Source: Iphione sp. A-MEVVRFRX5
Lineage: Eukaryota
Length of the DNA stretch: 64,000 bases
Direction: 5' to 3'
Assembly: GCA_976226885.1 (NCBI GenBank)
Contig: OZ320313.1
Span: 157,728,001-157,792,000, forward strand
Shown one piece after another: positions 1 to 12,575 of the stretch (positions are counted from its first letter, which is position 1; every line of letters starts with the position of its first letter). Position numbers and translations under genes: made by a program. The notes beneath the pieces are model-generated. The model did not search any database. It saw only the letters and a list, made by a program, of their open reading frames with translations, and had not been told where the DNA came from.

Positions 1-1657
1 GCAGGCAGGGGGCGTGGACAGCGCTTATAACACAAGGGCCATCTAGCACTGTCTGGCCTGTCGCCATGGAGGGCAGTAGACGGTCCTGCAGAGTCACTTT
101 CACAAGGGTAAGGGACAGCAAAACCCAATGAGCAAAGTAATGCAAGCCCACTGAAGTCGACCTGCGGTAATTATCCGAGAGAGGACTGGAAATTAATATT
201 GCACAGAAAGCGGAAATTAACTGGCACACAAATTCATCCAAGGTGCCGACGCAGGCTATGAATATTCTTTTGAAAGGCTGAATGGACAGGTAATTTTCTC
301 TTAATCCAATTCTATTCTGTGAAGTGGCTCGATGAATGACAGTGAAGAATAGTATGGCATACTAAATGACACGATCAAACTTCCCTTGCCGGCCAACAGC
401 AGGTCACAGCTGAATTCAGTTTCAAAGCATTAACACAGGTGCACAGGGTCAATTCCCCTGAACACAGAGGAGTTATTTTGTCCTTACAGTTTGGGAAGAT
501 GGTTGGACAGTTGAAAAGTGAGAAAGTTTTGAGAAGCAGCATTATTAAGTTCGCTAATAAAAGGTAAGGGGTAATGCATGTACTGTAATAAGAAAATACC
601 TTGGCGACACTATATAGGAGCCAAGTTTTGACTCATCATGGGGATACATTCATGTAGAACGTCGCCACTTCAATCTAACCTCTTCCTATGCTTTTAATGG
701 ACTACTTGGCAGGCTTCCATTGGATTTGCGAATACGCACAAAAACAACAGGCTGACCGCATATCATTTTTTTTCTTTGGCAGAATTCGCCTACAACCTTC
801 GCCCAGTTCCTTTGCTGAGCCAGGTTGTGTCAATGTTTGTGTAGAATTATCGAGGATTCAGTCTCCCTCATTTTCCATTTCCTTCTTGATTGCAAACTAT
901 GCCAGCCCATGCAAGTTTATTCTGAAAACTAGGCCTTACCCTATGTGGGCACCGGGTTGCAGGGATAACCGAGTCTCACCGGTACCCAGTAGCAATGCAT
1001 GACATGCCCCCGTGGGTTTATTCTAATTAAAGCAGGAGGTCCTGATTGCACTGCCCAGTGAAAATGTTTGCCTTATTTGTGAAACAAATACTCAGATGAT
1101 TGTAAAGGATAAACGCCTGGAGACCCCGCGTTACCCTGTTCCCTCCTAGAGCTCTTTCTTTCATCTTCTGCTGAAGACGAAGGAGTTGAAACGTCCTCAA
1201 TGACGGTCCACATGCGGCAGTTGGTGGTTACTATCGCCATCCTAGGAAGATCAAACCCAAGACATCACGACGTCTTCACTCAGACGTGCATATCAACAGC
1301 GAGCGGCCATGTAGCAATCCGCTCGTTATAAACGCTTATTAAGCAGAAAACTAATCACGAGCTCCTGGGCTTCAGATCGCGCCGGTCGCGCGCCTTCATC
1401 CCGCCAATATGCCCCAGGGCGTGTAAACAGTGCCGTGGGATGACATATTTTAATAGGTCCATCGCTCGCCTTGTTTATTCCCACGCCCGCTGCACGTCCG
1501 GAGCTCCCTTAGTGCATCAGGACAGGCTGTCTTGGACGGCCTTTTGTTTTGATAGATGGTGTACACAGCGGCGGCAGTTCGGCACGCCGGCTAGGGCTCT
1601 ATCCTAATACAGCCTCCGTGTTGGCTGTCACAAGGCCGCTGTGGCTGGCATGCAGGG

Positions 1658-1804
1658 NNNNNNNNNNNNNNNNNNNNNNNNNNNNNNNNNNNNNNNNNNN
1701 NNNNNNNNNNNNNNNNNNNNNNNNNNNNNNNNNNNNNNNNNNNNNNNNNNNNNNNNNNNNNNNNNNNNNNNNNNNNNNNNNNNNNNNNNNNNNNNNNNNN
1801 NNNN
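1658..1804. other. Assembly gap (147 N)
   Basis: Run of N, followed directly by GA-rich simple repeat that probably broke the assembly. Confidence 0.99.
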
Positions 1805-1880
1805 GAGAGAGATGGGGGGCAGACGGACAGAGATTGATACAGACAGACAGACAGAACAGAAAGAGAAAGAAAGAGAGAGA
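1805..1880. repeat. Degenerate GA/GACA purine-rich simple repeat
   Basis: gagagagatgggggg...acagacagacagacagaacagaaagagaaagaaagagagagac next to the gap. Confidence 0.85.
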
Positions 1881-3599
1881 CCGTATTGGCCTAATGGAGT
1901 CTACCAATGATGGCCATCTGCCAAAATCAAAACAAGACGGGCTGCTTGTCATTGCATCCCTGAGGCGGGGAACTCAACCGCAATCGTAGCGGAGGGGGGA
2001 GAAGGGACCATGTCTCGTGTGACATCTGACGGCGGAGGCAGCCACCATCCTCCTCTTCTTTGTTGACTTTGTTGTCTCCATGGCGCTTTCAATGGCTTCT
2101 TAGCGAAGCCACTCGCTCTACTCTCTTCTGATGGGGTGCAGCCTTCCCACCTTTTGGCCTTCTCATAAATTCCAGGAACACGGCTGATATCGAGGGGAAG
2201 CGCGGGAAGGCAACAAAGGAGGCTTCCCACGTAAATGACCTGAGACACTGGTTCCAAAGATGTTAAGCCAGCACTTCGCATATTCAGCGAGATAACGAGC
2301 CAGCGGTTCATGATGTATGTCCTTTGGGCCAACAAAAACCTCGGGACTGGCTTGCAGGCAGCCAGGACATCATTCAATGCCGCGTCGCCGCAGGTGTAAA
2401 TCAATGGTATTGACTTTCAAATGAAATTGAAAGCCCTGCGGGTGTTGGGTTTTGTGTTTGGTCACAGGAATGCCATGCTGTTCAGTTGACGTGTGCCAAA
2501 GAGACCTGGATCCAGCACAACGTTGGTAGTTTGTATGTCCTTCTATAGTTTAAGTATACCCCATGCAGGGAGAAGCCAACCTATGACAATGAAAAATATC
2601 TGAATGGGTTAGCCTGGCACCGAAGGAGCCCCCCCCCCTTCTGGCTAATCCACTTCTCGGCTTGATGCCTCTTACATACAGTCATCAACCGCACCCTCTG
2701 CGATACTGATTACATCTGACTATTACTACAGAGCGGCCTGAGTAACGATCCATCTGCTGCCACTCGGACAGTAACGGGATCCGTAGGGCGTAATGAGTTG
2801 GCCGCTAGAAAACACTTTGTAGGCTGCAACAGTGAATCCGATGAGGAGGCAAACGCGCGATTGCCGCCTATCTCCTATTACCCTCGTTGTGGGTCGGGGG
2901 GGAGGGGGGTTCTCGGTAAAAGGGGTTCACGTGAACAAGAGTAAATAACCACAGAAAGCAAAATAGAAAACTGCGTAATGGCCACAAGACCCCTTATCTA
3001 ACGCTTCCCTGCAATCATATGTGTGCACTGAAGACGTTAGGGAGAGTGGTAATTGAGTTTTTCCCCCAAGACGTGTACTTCTCTGATTCTTAAGAAAAAT
3101 ATTATTGTTTCTCAGAGTCATGACCTTCTGACCGCTTTACTGAAAGGGTTCAGACACGCATATCAGGGCAACTGATACTGACGCGGTATATAAGCCCACG
3201 GTTTATGGTGATTTCTACTAAGACGCCTGACAAAATGCAACCGCTTTCCTTGAACAAGGAAGTAAATCCAATACTTAAAACCTTCGGTATCAATACATAA
3301 CAGGGGAGGGCGGCTATAGCTGAGGGACATGTGGCTTTCCCTTATCGATATGGAGCATGTGGTGGAGGAATGATAACGTTCATGGTCAGAGCTTAGTGCG
3401 AGTTGGCGGCAAGTGGCGCTATAGTATCGGCCCATGGATCTTTATTACACTCTGTCGCGCTGTCATCCTCACTGCGCCTGCGCGAGCTATCTGGACGTGC
3501 ATCAAGAGGTGAACCAGCCACTTCGGAAACGAGTATTGCGGCCAGCCTCAGAGAGGGGAAATTGGCATGGTGGAGGATCAGCTACAGAGCAGTAAGAAA

Positions 3600-4035
3600 T
3601 GAGGAAGGGAAGATTAGAGCGGAACAGAAAGGGCGGGGGGAGGAGACAGAGCAAGGGAGATGGAGATTGGGAAATGGGAGAAAGGGGGGCAAGGAGAGAC
3701 AGAAAGAGACAGAGACAGACAGGACAAAGAGCGAGGCACAGGAAGAGGGTGGTAGAGAGACACGGAGGGGCGGACAGAAAGCGAGANNNNNNNNNNNNNN
3801 NNNNNNNNNNNNNNNNNNNNNNNNNNNNNNNNNNNNNNNNNNNNNNNNNNNNNNNNNNNNNNNNNNNNNNNNNNNNNNNNNNNNNNNNNNNNNNNNNNNN
3901 NNNNNNNNNNNNNNNNNNNNNNNNNNNNNNNNNNNNNNGACGGGCAGAAGGAGGATGGGGAGGAACAGTCAGAGGGCAGACAGAGAAGAGAGACAGGGGA
4001 AAAAGAGACAGATAATGGCAGCGAGATGGACAGAG
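3600..4035. repeat. Degenerate GA/GACA purine-rich repeat spanning an assembly gap (N 3787-3938)
   Basis: Plus strand almost purely A/G with GAGAC/GACAG units on both sides of 152 N; the overlapping ORFs are repeat artefacts. Confidence 0.9.
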
Positions 4036-6910
4036 TAATGGAGTCATTCGCTAAACAACACTGACTTCCAGCCATTAGAGCGCTGCTAGCTAGTTGGTTT
4101 GTGGGGGGGGGGAGTAAATACTATAGGTTAGGAGCAGCTGTTGGTAGTGGTGCGGCGAAGTTAACAGGCTGGAACCCCTCCCTGTGCGTGTCATGATTTT
4201 CTATGAAGAGAAAAAGCCTACAGCAGGTTGTGTAGTTTTTATATTTTACTAGTGTTGATTTAAAATGTAAATGCCCTTAGACCAATTATGACTTGCCTTT
4301 TTGACTCGAACACGGAAACTATCCATTAAACCTACCGATATGCACATTTACCATTTCAATACTTCAACATACCCCGTGTCGAATTCTGGACATGAAAAGA
4401 TATTGCCACTGTACCACGGAAGGTCAATTATATTCCAATTTACTTTAATCAATATTATACTGTTGGCCTAGTTCAACAACAAATTATTCCATTCGTATCA
4501 GTTAATGTTTCTCTGCTTATCCATTATCAATCAAGATGTCCGTGTATCACTACTTTAGGGTAAAATGCGTAGGTAATATATCACGGGAAATGGACCTTAG
4601 GCTGGGGAAAGCAGGAAGAAAAGATGTTCCTGTGCTTAAACATAAAGGAGCGTATGCCTTCACAGAAAGTGGGAATCTTCTTCAGAGCAAATCCCCTCCT
4701 CGCGTCCTGCTGGCTATCGAAAGGTCACGGTCAGCAAGGGAGTACTTCTCCAACTGCTGCATGTCAGACGGGCAAGCCGCCAGTCAGAGGTGAAAGACAA
4801 AAATCCCCCATCAGAGGCACCTGTCAAGGTTTCTGGATGAGTGGAGATCCGCAGTCCACGAAAGCCGGCTTTATAATCACACTGACTGCACGCAAGCTCA
4901 CTACATGCAAAGGGGAAAAAAGGGGGGGGGAGCTTGATGACGCGATGCCACACTATCAAAGTAGTTTTGCGGATCACGGGTCAAGGGGTCAATCTCTCCC
5001 TTCAACGGTAACGACATAGATGGAGGCTGTGACGTTTCTAGGGCGAAACGACCCGCCCCCTTCCTAACGCATCTTGGGTAACGACTACACATGCTTCTAA
5101 ACGGAGGCTGGGGTTGTGCGTCCAAAATGTGGACTTCAACAGGTTACATACATTCGCCGTCTTCTCTTCCTGGGCAAATCGTGGGTGAAGTTTGAAGTTG
5201 CGCGATCATTTCTCGTCAATGAGCATTGAAAGGACACGCGCACCAGGTAAATGCGAGTACATCGTGTTCAGCCCCTGACACACGCCGCCATGTTGATCAA
5301 ATCACAATTTCACCCACGGAGGATAGGATATGTCGCAGGAGGTGTCTTTCTTCTGTAACCATCTACATGTTAGACAAAAAGCAGACGGAGAAATGCTTAA
5401 TGACGATAATCCAAAAGACCCATTCACAGAAGAATGATAGGAATACCCACACTGGCTGGCGGAGATTGGGACGAATCACGCCACTGCAATCATGGATTTC
5501 ACATCCCTGTGGGGCTCTCGCAATGCAAACCAGTGGCGAGCTCCCACGGGTGCCCCTGACTGATAGCACACACTAAACCCTCCTCTCTTTTTTTTAAACA
5601 GGCTATGCTTCACCTCTGCGCAGGTTTTGCGCCAGACGTTGCCATATCGCGTCCTTGTGATTGCCTCGTTGGGGGTTCATTTGTAGGGTTTCATCCTTTC
5701 AGTGGCCTATCTGGTTTTATCGTCGACGGGCACACAATGAACGGCTGGCATGCAAGTGGGTGATTGGGCCGCAGCCGATACCGTCGTCGTCGTCTATGTA
5801 ATAACGTGTTGCGCAGAGAACAATGGGACATGGCTTGTTAGACTTAATTTATAAGTCGAAATAGTGGCTGCCTTTGGGCCCTTATGGTCAAAACAAACGT
5901 TTCAAGGGCGTTATAACGTGGGGATTAAAACCGTGAAGCCGATACCGCATATAGAAAGAAAAAAACTGATGGGGAATAAATATTGTATTAACACTTAGGT
6001 ATCCTCTTTAACGAAACGAGACGAGGAGTGTGCTGATGGTGGTGGTGGGGGGGGGGGTGGGTGGAGTGGTGTGCATAGCTATGCAGAAGAGGGTGAAGTT
6101 ATTTCAGGTTGACGTGCCAGCAGGACTGGTATTCATACACGCTTCATTGATTTATGTTGGGAAAATGAAGATGGGATCACGCATACAAATCGCTGCCAAC
6201 AAAGATGAAGGACAGCGCTCGGCAAGAATTTGTGCTCTGGCTTTCAGGGCTACTACTCCTACTGCTGCTGCTCTCCCTCCCCCCACCCCCACCCCCTTTA
6301 CCTCAGCGCTCAGCGCTGATTTACGGGGCGGCCTCTCATTTCAATCTAATGTGGAGCCGCACTGCTGTCACTGCGCCTATTCCTCATCTCCGCTTGGCGG
6401 CCCTCCTGCCACTAGTCAGCCTGAGCAGCTGTAGTCTGAAATAAGGTGGGAATTTGGATGTGGTAGCTGTTGATGTGGCTGGTGGGAGGGGGTAGGTGGA
6501 GAGCCTAAGTCCTGTACTACTTAGTCTGTGGTGGTACGACGTGGGGGGGGGGGGTTGATTCGTCGTGTGCAGGCTGCCTAACATTGGCGGCGCAGGAAAA
6601 ATTGCGCCTGCCAAGCAACGATGACGAGGCATTAAATTTAAAATCTATGCAGGAGCGGCCTGCCATGGCGGTCGAGGTGTCACCTGCTCGCTGAGACGGA
6701 CGACGTAGGTGTTCGAGACTTGACGATGAGGATATAGGAGCTGCCAGAGAAGAGGAAGATATAATATATACACCAACCCTAATGGCGGAACAGCAACAGC
6801 AGCAGTAGCAGCAGCAGAGTTAACAGCAAGTCTTGCCCCCCCCCTCCTCCACTCCTCTTCCTTCTTCTCACGCAAAGGCGACAGCTTGGGGGGGGGGGGG
6901 GGAGTTCAAC

Positions 6911-6966
6911 CCCAATCTGTATGTCTCTTCATTAACGTAGCACTCAACCAATCAGCGATCGGGCGG
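6911..6966 (+). promoter_or_regulatory. Possible promoter-like motif cluster (two CCAAT boxes plus a GC box)
   Basis: CCAAT at 6912 and CCAATCAGC at 6948, GGGCGG at 6961-6966, next to a 15-G tract. Short motifs only; no linked gene identified. Confidence 0.2.
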
Positions 6967-7642
6967 TATGTGGGAACAGCCCCCCCTCCCCCCCACACAC
7001 ACGGTCGTATGTGAGGACATCATGGCAGACTCCATTCAGTATCTACGCTCCTCATGGCTTCTATGTCGCTACACTCGAACCGCAGCAGCGCCACCATGTG
7101 AGCGGGCCTGTCATGCCGGGGGTGGGGGCTGAATTGCCAGACAATGGCTCTCATGATGTTATAGACAAGACAATACCAATATGGCGCGATGAGCTGGCAT
7201 TAGCTACGAGCAGTGGGATTTTTTTTTCATAGTAAACGATCTGTCCTATTAAAGAGTTTTTTTCTAGCCACCTTGATAGCGCAATTATAAAAAAACATCG
7301 ATGACAATCTACCTAGTCACCATTACATACATTTAAACCAATTAAGTCTATTTTATACGCAATATATTGCAGCCATCAGTCTGTCGACGCTAACGTTAAT
7401 CATCTTTTTGCCCCGCACCTCACCATTTAATGGCGGTGTAAAGGGCATAATCAGTCTTCAGGGGAAGGCAACTTCTCGATGCTTTATGTGGTTCTTTTTC
7501 AAGTAACTACCTCGGTCCTTTAAGACATCCCTAGGATGGCTGTAAAGTGTGCAATATTTTATTTTTATGGGGGTCATCGCCCCGTGTAGTTCTAGTATGG
7601 AGCGACCTGACTATCTGATCACTTTTCCTCGGTTGTGGCTTA

Positions 7643-7940
7643 GGGGTTGTTCACATATAACTGGATTTTTCTTTTCCGGGCCCACATGCGGGTCCAGATT
7701 TTTTTCAAACCCACTCCGAATGTCTTCTAGCATTCCCATATAGACGGATTTTTCCATACCCGCATGCACATCCAGATTTCTATCCATGAAAATTGGAAAA
7801 AATCTAGACCCAGACATTGATTTCCATAGAATGCAATGGTTAAGAGACATCTGTGGACCATATGAGGTAAATCTGCAGGGGGTATCCCTGGGCCTGCATG
7901 CTGGGCCGGATTTTTCATCCAGTTGTATGTGAACAGGACC
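7643..7940. mobile_element. MITE-like non-autonomous element (~300 bp), possibly PIF/Harbinger type
   Basis: Terminal inverted repeats TGTTCACATATAACTGGAT (7648-7666) and ATCCAGTTGTATGTGAACA (7917-7935), 18/19 match, extendable imperfectly to GG..CC ends. Flanks are TTA / TTC (near 3-bp TSD). Internal GGATTTTTC/CCAGATTT subterminal repeats; no credible coding content. Confidence 0.7.
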
Positions 7941-9056
7941 TTCCATAGTAATGCCGTCTCTGACACACTGAGGATGGGGACAGGTTGGCTATATATAATA
8001 ACTACAGGGCAAGGCTACAGGGGTTTTAAATCAAGCAGGTAATTCTTTCCGGTATAGAAAGGAAAGGGAAGGGGGCAAAACGAAATGCTTGAGATCGTAA
8101 CATCATAAACAAAGAATACGTCTCTTCTTTTCACTGAAACGGCTTCCCGTCCAGGTCATGCTAACCATGCATTCTGCAGCACGAAAGGTCAGAGCAGTTC
8201 AAAAGGCGGTCTTTTGTAACACGATAGTAAAGAGGAAGGGGGAAGAGAGGGATGCAATTATAAAAAGTAGATTCTTCGCGGTACAAAGAACGGTTAATGT
8301 CAAGCCATCGATCTGAAGGTAGCTAATCGGAGAAACAACGTTTGAGGCACACGAGGTAGAGGGGTTAAGATCTCGTGATGCGGAACAAGGCTGGTTGGGG
8401 ATTTGGCGTGACATGAGGTACCAGCAGCGAGGATTAACCTTCCAGACAGGCAAGCGGGGTGTACCACTAGTTGGGGGTGGGCGTAGGAGGGGGGGGGGGC
8501 TTACTACCGTGCTGGGTGGGGCCTTCAGGTGGGTGGGTAGGAAGGGGGGAAACTTTTGCTATTGCAGCTTAGGGCATAGCGTCATGCAGGCTCAAGGTAG
8601 TCTTTTGTGTTTTCTTCCTAACAAGGGACCTATCTACATGACCCGGAAAGTGTTTTTTTTATTGGTGCCCCCCCCCACTCACCCCAACCTACCCAGCCAC
8701 AAACTTATCACGAAAACTTCACTTATCCTGCTCAAATCTCACACCTAAATCTACTGTTGAATGGCACTTTTCGACACTCAAGTCTAGTCCTGTGCCTAAA
8801 GGCGAGGGATTTCCTGGAGTGAAGCAATGTGCACCGATCAACGAAAAAAGGCGTATTCCTAGGGACCTGCACGAAAGGCTCTCATTCATCAATGTTTTCT
8901 AATCGGAATATAGTACAATTATGAGCTTATCTTAGGCCTACAGTGGCACTCAGAGTCAGGTTACGGAAGCCAGTTGTAAATCCTCGTACTGACTCGTTTG
9001 TCTTCTTGTATATTTTTAAGTAGATCATCATCAACTGGGGAATTAACATGCAGTTT

Positions 9057-9267
9057 TGTGGATTTGCATAAGCCTTTATCTGGTGAGCAAAACGGCTACC
9101 TGAAAAAAATCCTTACTTCATTCATTTAATCCTTCATATTCTCATTCCAGCGATTAAAGATGTGTGGATTTGCATAAGCCTTTATCTGGTGAGCAAAACG
9201 GCTACCTGAAAAAAATCCTTACTTCATTCATTTAATCCTTCATATTCTCATTCCAGCGATTAAAGAT
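9057..9267. repeat. Exact tandem duplication, 105-bp unit, period 106
   Basis: TGTGGATTTGCATAAGCC...CCAGCGATTAAAGAT at 9057-9161 and again at 9163-9267; no mismatches seen. Confidence 0.95.
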
Positions 9268-9384
9268 TCCGAAGTGCTCACTCTTTACCCGAAAAACTTC
9301 CTCATTTGAGCGAGGTTCACATTGGCGGTACATCACCCCGTGACCTCTTTAACTCCTCTTTACTGCCGTAGAGCTTCCTCTTAC

Positions 9385-9697
9385 TGTATGCATGAGCAGC
9401 CGGCCCTCTTTTAATGACGCACAAGCGCCTTCGGCGCTTGCACTCGTAGTTGATACAGACTCGTGGTGTTGCTTGAATTGCCTATCGTCGTCCCTCCCAT
9501 TCAATGCTTCTAGTTGGGTCGCGGTGGTCACCGTGGTCCAGTGGTTAGAGTGGCTGCCCCTGCCGCCGCCACCACCGCCACTTGACCTAGAAAGAGCTGG
9601 TGGCGGCGGCGGCGACCAGGAGGGGTCCGCTAAAGTGACCCGCCCACTCGATTGGCGGCCGAGTTGGTCAGCGGCTGAGTCAGTCGCACTAAACCAA
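9385..9697 (-). CDS. Candidate internal coding exon, unknown S/G/P/D-rich product
   Basis: Minus-strand acceptor CTACTTTTTCAG ending at 9698 and donor ACA|GTAAGA at 9384. 313 nt, GC-rich, open in one frame (WFSATDSAADQLGRQSSGRVTLADPSWSPPPPPALSRSSGGGGGGRG...LLMHT). No homology recognised. Confidence 0.3.
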
Positions 9698-12415
9698 CTG
9701 AAAAAGTAGTGCACCTCTCTCCAAATATTTTTCTTCTTACTGGTTTCTAATACTATTCAATAGTTTTATACAGCAAGTCTTTCTGAAAGATAGTTATGTG
9801 AGAGGCATATATAAAAAAATAACTTATGTTGTGAAGAGGTAGGAAGGAACTCCTTGACGGATCTACTTTCAGCCAACTTCCGGCAGCCGTTTTAAAAGAG
9901 GGAGGGTAATTAACATCTCGTGTACTGCCTTGACGTTTGGGCGTTTGGGGGTGGGGGGGGGGGGGGCTGGCTGCCTAGAAATGGCGGTATGATGTGCTGT
10001 TCATTGAATTTAGTCGCTCGTGCAAGTGGGCCGGTAGACGACCTTTGTGCCCCAGATGATGATTCGATAACCTATATTCATACCTAGCTGGGTGATGATG
10101 TAAATTTTTCGAAGCCTCTGAACGGCTTTTGGCCTGCGTCGGTCGATATTCCACATGTGGTACACATTCAAGTTTAATAAAGTGAAATCAATGGTAGACG
10201 GCGAGCTGATGGCTAGAAACGGATTACACGTTCAGGGCTTTCTCGTGGCACAAGACGACCACAGGAATCATTCGAAACGTATTGCATCGATGATGCAAAG
10301 CAGACCTGTCAAAAGCAGATCTGTCCATCTCAGAGCAGCTTCAAACTCACGACAGGAAACAGACAACCACGTACATGTGTCAGTAAACTCTTATCACGTG
10401 AAAGTCCCATTGACTTTGACGGAAACTGTAACGTTAACATTGCGGTGATGATGGGAATCCTAGCACCTTGAAAACTGTCCTGAAGCAATAAAAGATGGTA
10501 ATGTTTCATACCTCTAGAATACGTAAGTAGAAAAGAAAACTCTAACTAGAAACAGTGCATGATGTTACAGGAGCGACGGAAGTTGGTGTGAAATAATCTA
10601 TTTGTCTAGCATGGAGCCACGATAGAAAAGTAAGTTCAACTAGAGGGTGCATTAATGTCATGCTTTACTGCAGTATTAGTTATTAGATAAACATTCACAT
10701 ACAAACTTAACTTTTATGAACAGTAGACCGTTTTTTATATAACGCGATTATAGTGTGATAAAGTATTCATAACTGTATTTGACAAAAGGAGAAATTAAGG
10801 CAGTTCTACTTCATTTTAGTTACTGGATATCTAATTTAAACTAATCAAGTGATGATTTAAGTCATGCACTATCGAATCAAGTTTTAGTTTTTATTAGTCA
10901 ATTACATTACTTTCCAATCGTTATCGTGCATATAACTAATCAATCATTGAATTTGAAGTATTTTGTGTTTTTAAGAATCAAAGGTTTAAGAAAAATAATT
11001 GGCTACAACATTATGAATATTATGCCAAAAAAAACTAGTGCTATGTGTTGAAAACTGAAACATTAAACATAATCGTGCAGAGGATCAGGCCTCCATTCCC
11101 CATCTGTTATCATTCAAAGGATAGTGCAAGAAAGATGCAGAGACAAGAAATTCTTATGTGTAAATATTCAAATGCAAGGAGGGGGGGAGGAATGTATTAT
11201 ACCAAGCCTCTGTTCCTATTTTAACGATGGTATGCGTGCAGTGGGATGGTTTCTGCACACTCGCGCCTTGAGTGTCGACCACAACTAACTTAGAGCGATC
11301 ATATCAAAAAAGTCCAGCATTATACATGTTTAAATTGTAAAAAGTGTGGATGGTAAGAGAGAGAGAGACATTATGTTTAAAAGATCAAAACGACAGGTGT
11401 AGGGAATTACTTACTAGTCGCCTCTTCTGGAAAATACACACGGGGTAGGAAGAAAAGAAAAGAAATGAATTGTCAATTTGTCGAGGTTTAAGATTCGAGG
11501 AAACGAGGCCCTTATGCAAGAGAATACTTAGGTATACGTCCTGAAAGAGTCAAATCGTAGGGCAGAAAGCCACACGGGGTACTCGTGTCATGGACCACTG
11601 CACAGAGTCAACGAAACTCAAAAACAAAGGTAGACGGTATTGCAACTAAAATACAAACAAACAACTATTCGAATCATCCTTGCAAGAGCAAACGTAAGCA
11701 GAAAAAAATCAATCGGTAAATGATATTTTGGGGTCGATGGTATGCTTTATTTGCTTGGAGGAGTTTCTATGCGTTGACCGATGTTTCCCCGAATAAAAAG
11801 GTTGGCTCTGACATTCTTTTGTAGTTTAATAAGCAGTAAATAGCCTTTAGATGTTTCCCTTTCGGCTTACTGACTCAGGCCTATTTCGTGAATTAAAATG
11901 TCGATCGGTGGACATTTGCGAAAGATGACAGTACCTTTGTGACACCGTTTCCACCCGGAAACGAATGCGCACGGTGCTACATCTTGTGAGTGTGCTATTT
12001 ATAGCCTCCGTGTTGTGATACGAACCTTCGGATGCAATTTTCTACAGGAGAAGGGATGGATTGTCCCTGATGCCACATAAGAAAGTCGATGCTTCTCCTG
12101 TTTGGTCCCATCTTCCACTTGGCTTATCCCTCCTCCCGTTCTGACCCTGCAGCCCGCATCAATCTCGTCCTAATCTAAATAGGATTTCCAACAATCTGCT
12201 TATCTTATATACAACGCAATGCGTCGAAATGGTACGCACCTGCAACAGGCAGGCCAAACACGCCCGGTTCCAGAATCCCCTTTACCTTAACTGAATGTGG
12301 AGGACAAATGCTGCATACTTTAAGGTCAGGGAAAACAAAACTTCTACGACTAAAATCAATTTCGTGTTGGGAGTCTTCTTTCCGCCGCTTTGACTGTTTC
12401 CTTTTCTTTTTTTAG

Positions 12416-12575
12416 TTTGGCCGTTGACCTCACAGGAATCAAAGCGTACGTAGCTGTGAGAGATGTACTTTCCCGTGTCGAGTTCTACCTGCGATTAGCA
12501 CTAAAAGCTGACCGCGTTCTCTGTTACTGCTCTGACGTAAAAGGAAGACGCAGTGGTATACGTCAAGTGACTTGA
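12416..12575 (+). CDS. Candidate exon after a strong splice acceptor, unknown product
   Basis: TTGAC branch-like motif plus TTTCCTTTTCTTTTTTTAG acceptor ending at 12415; open frame LAVDLTGIKAYVAVRDVLSRVEFYLRLALKADRVLCYCSD...; no strong donor and no partner exon found. Confidence 0.2.

Noticed and set aside
1549-4075. ORFs spanning the N gaps and GA repeats (also those over 53592-54011)
   Set aside because: Open only because N and purine repeats lack stop codons.
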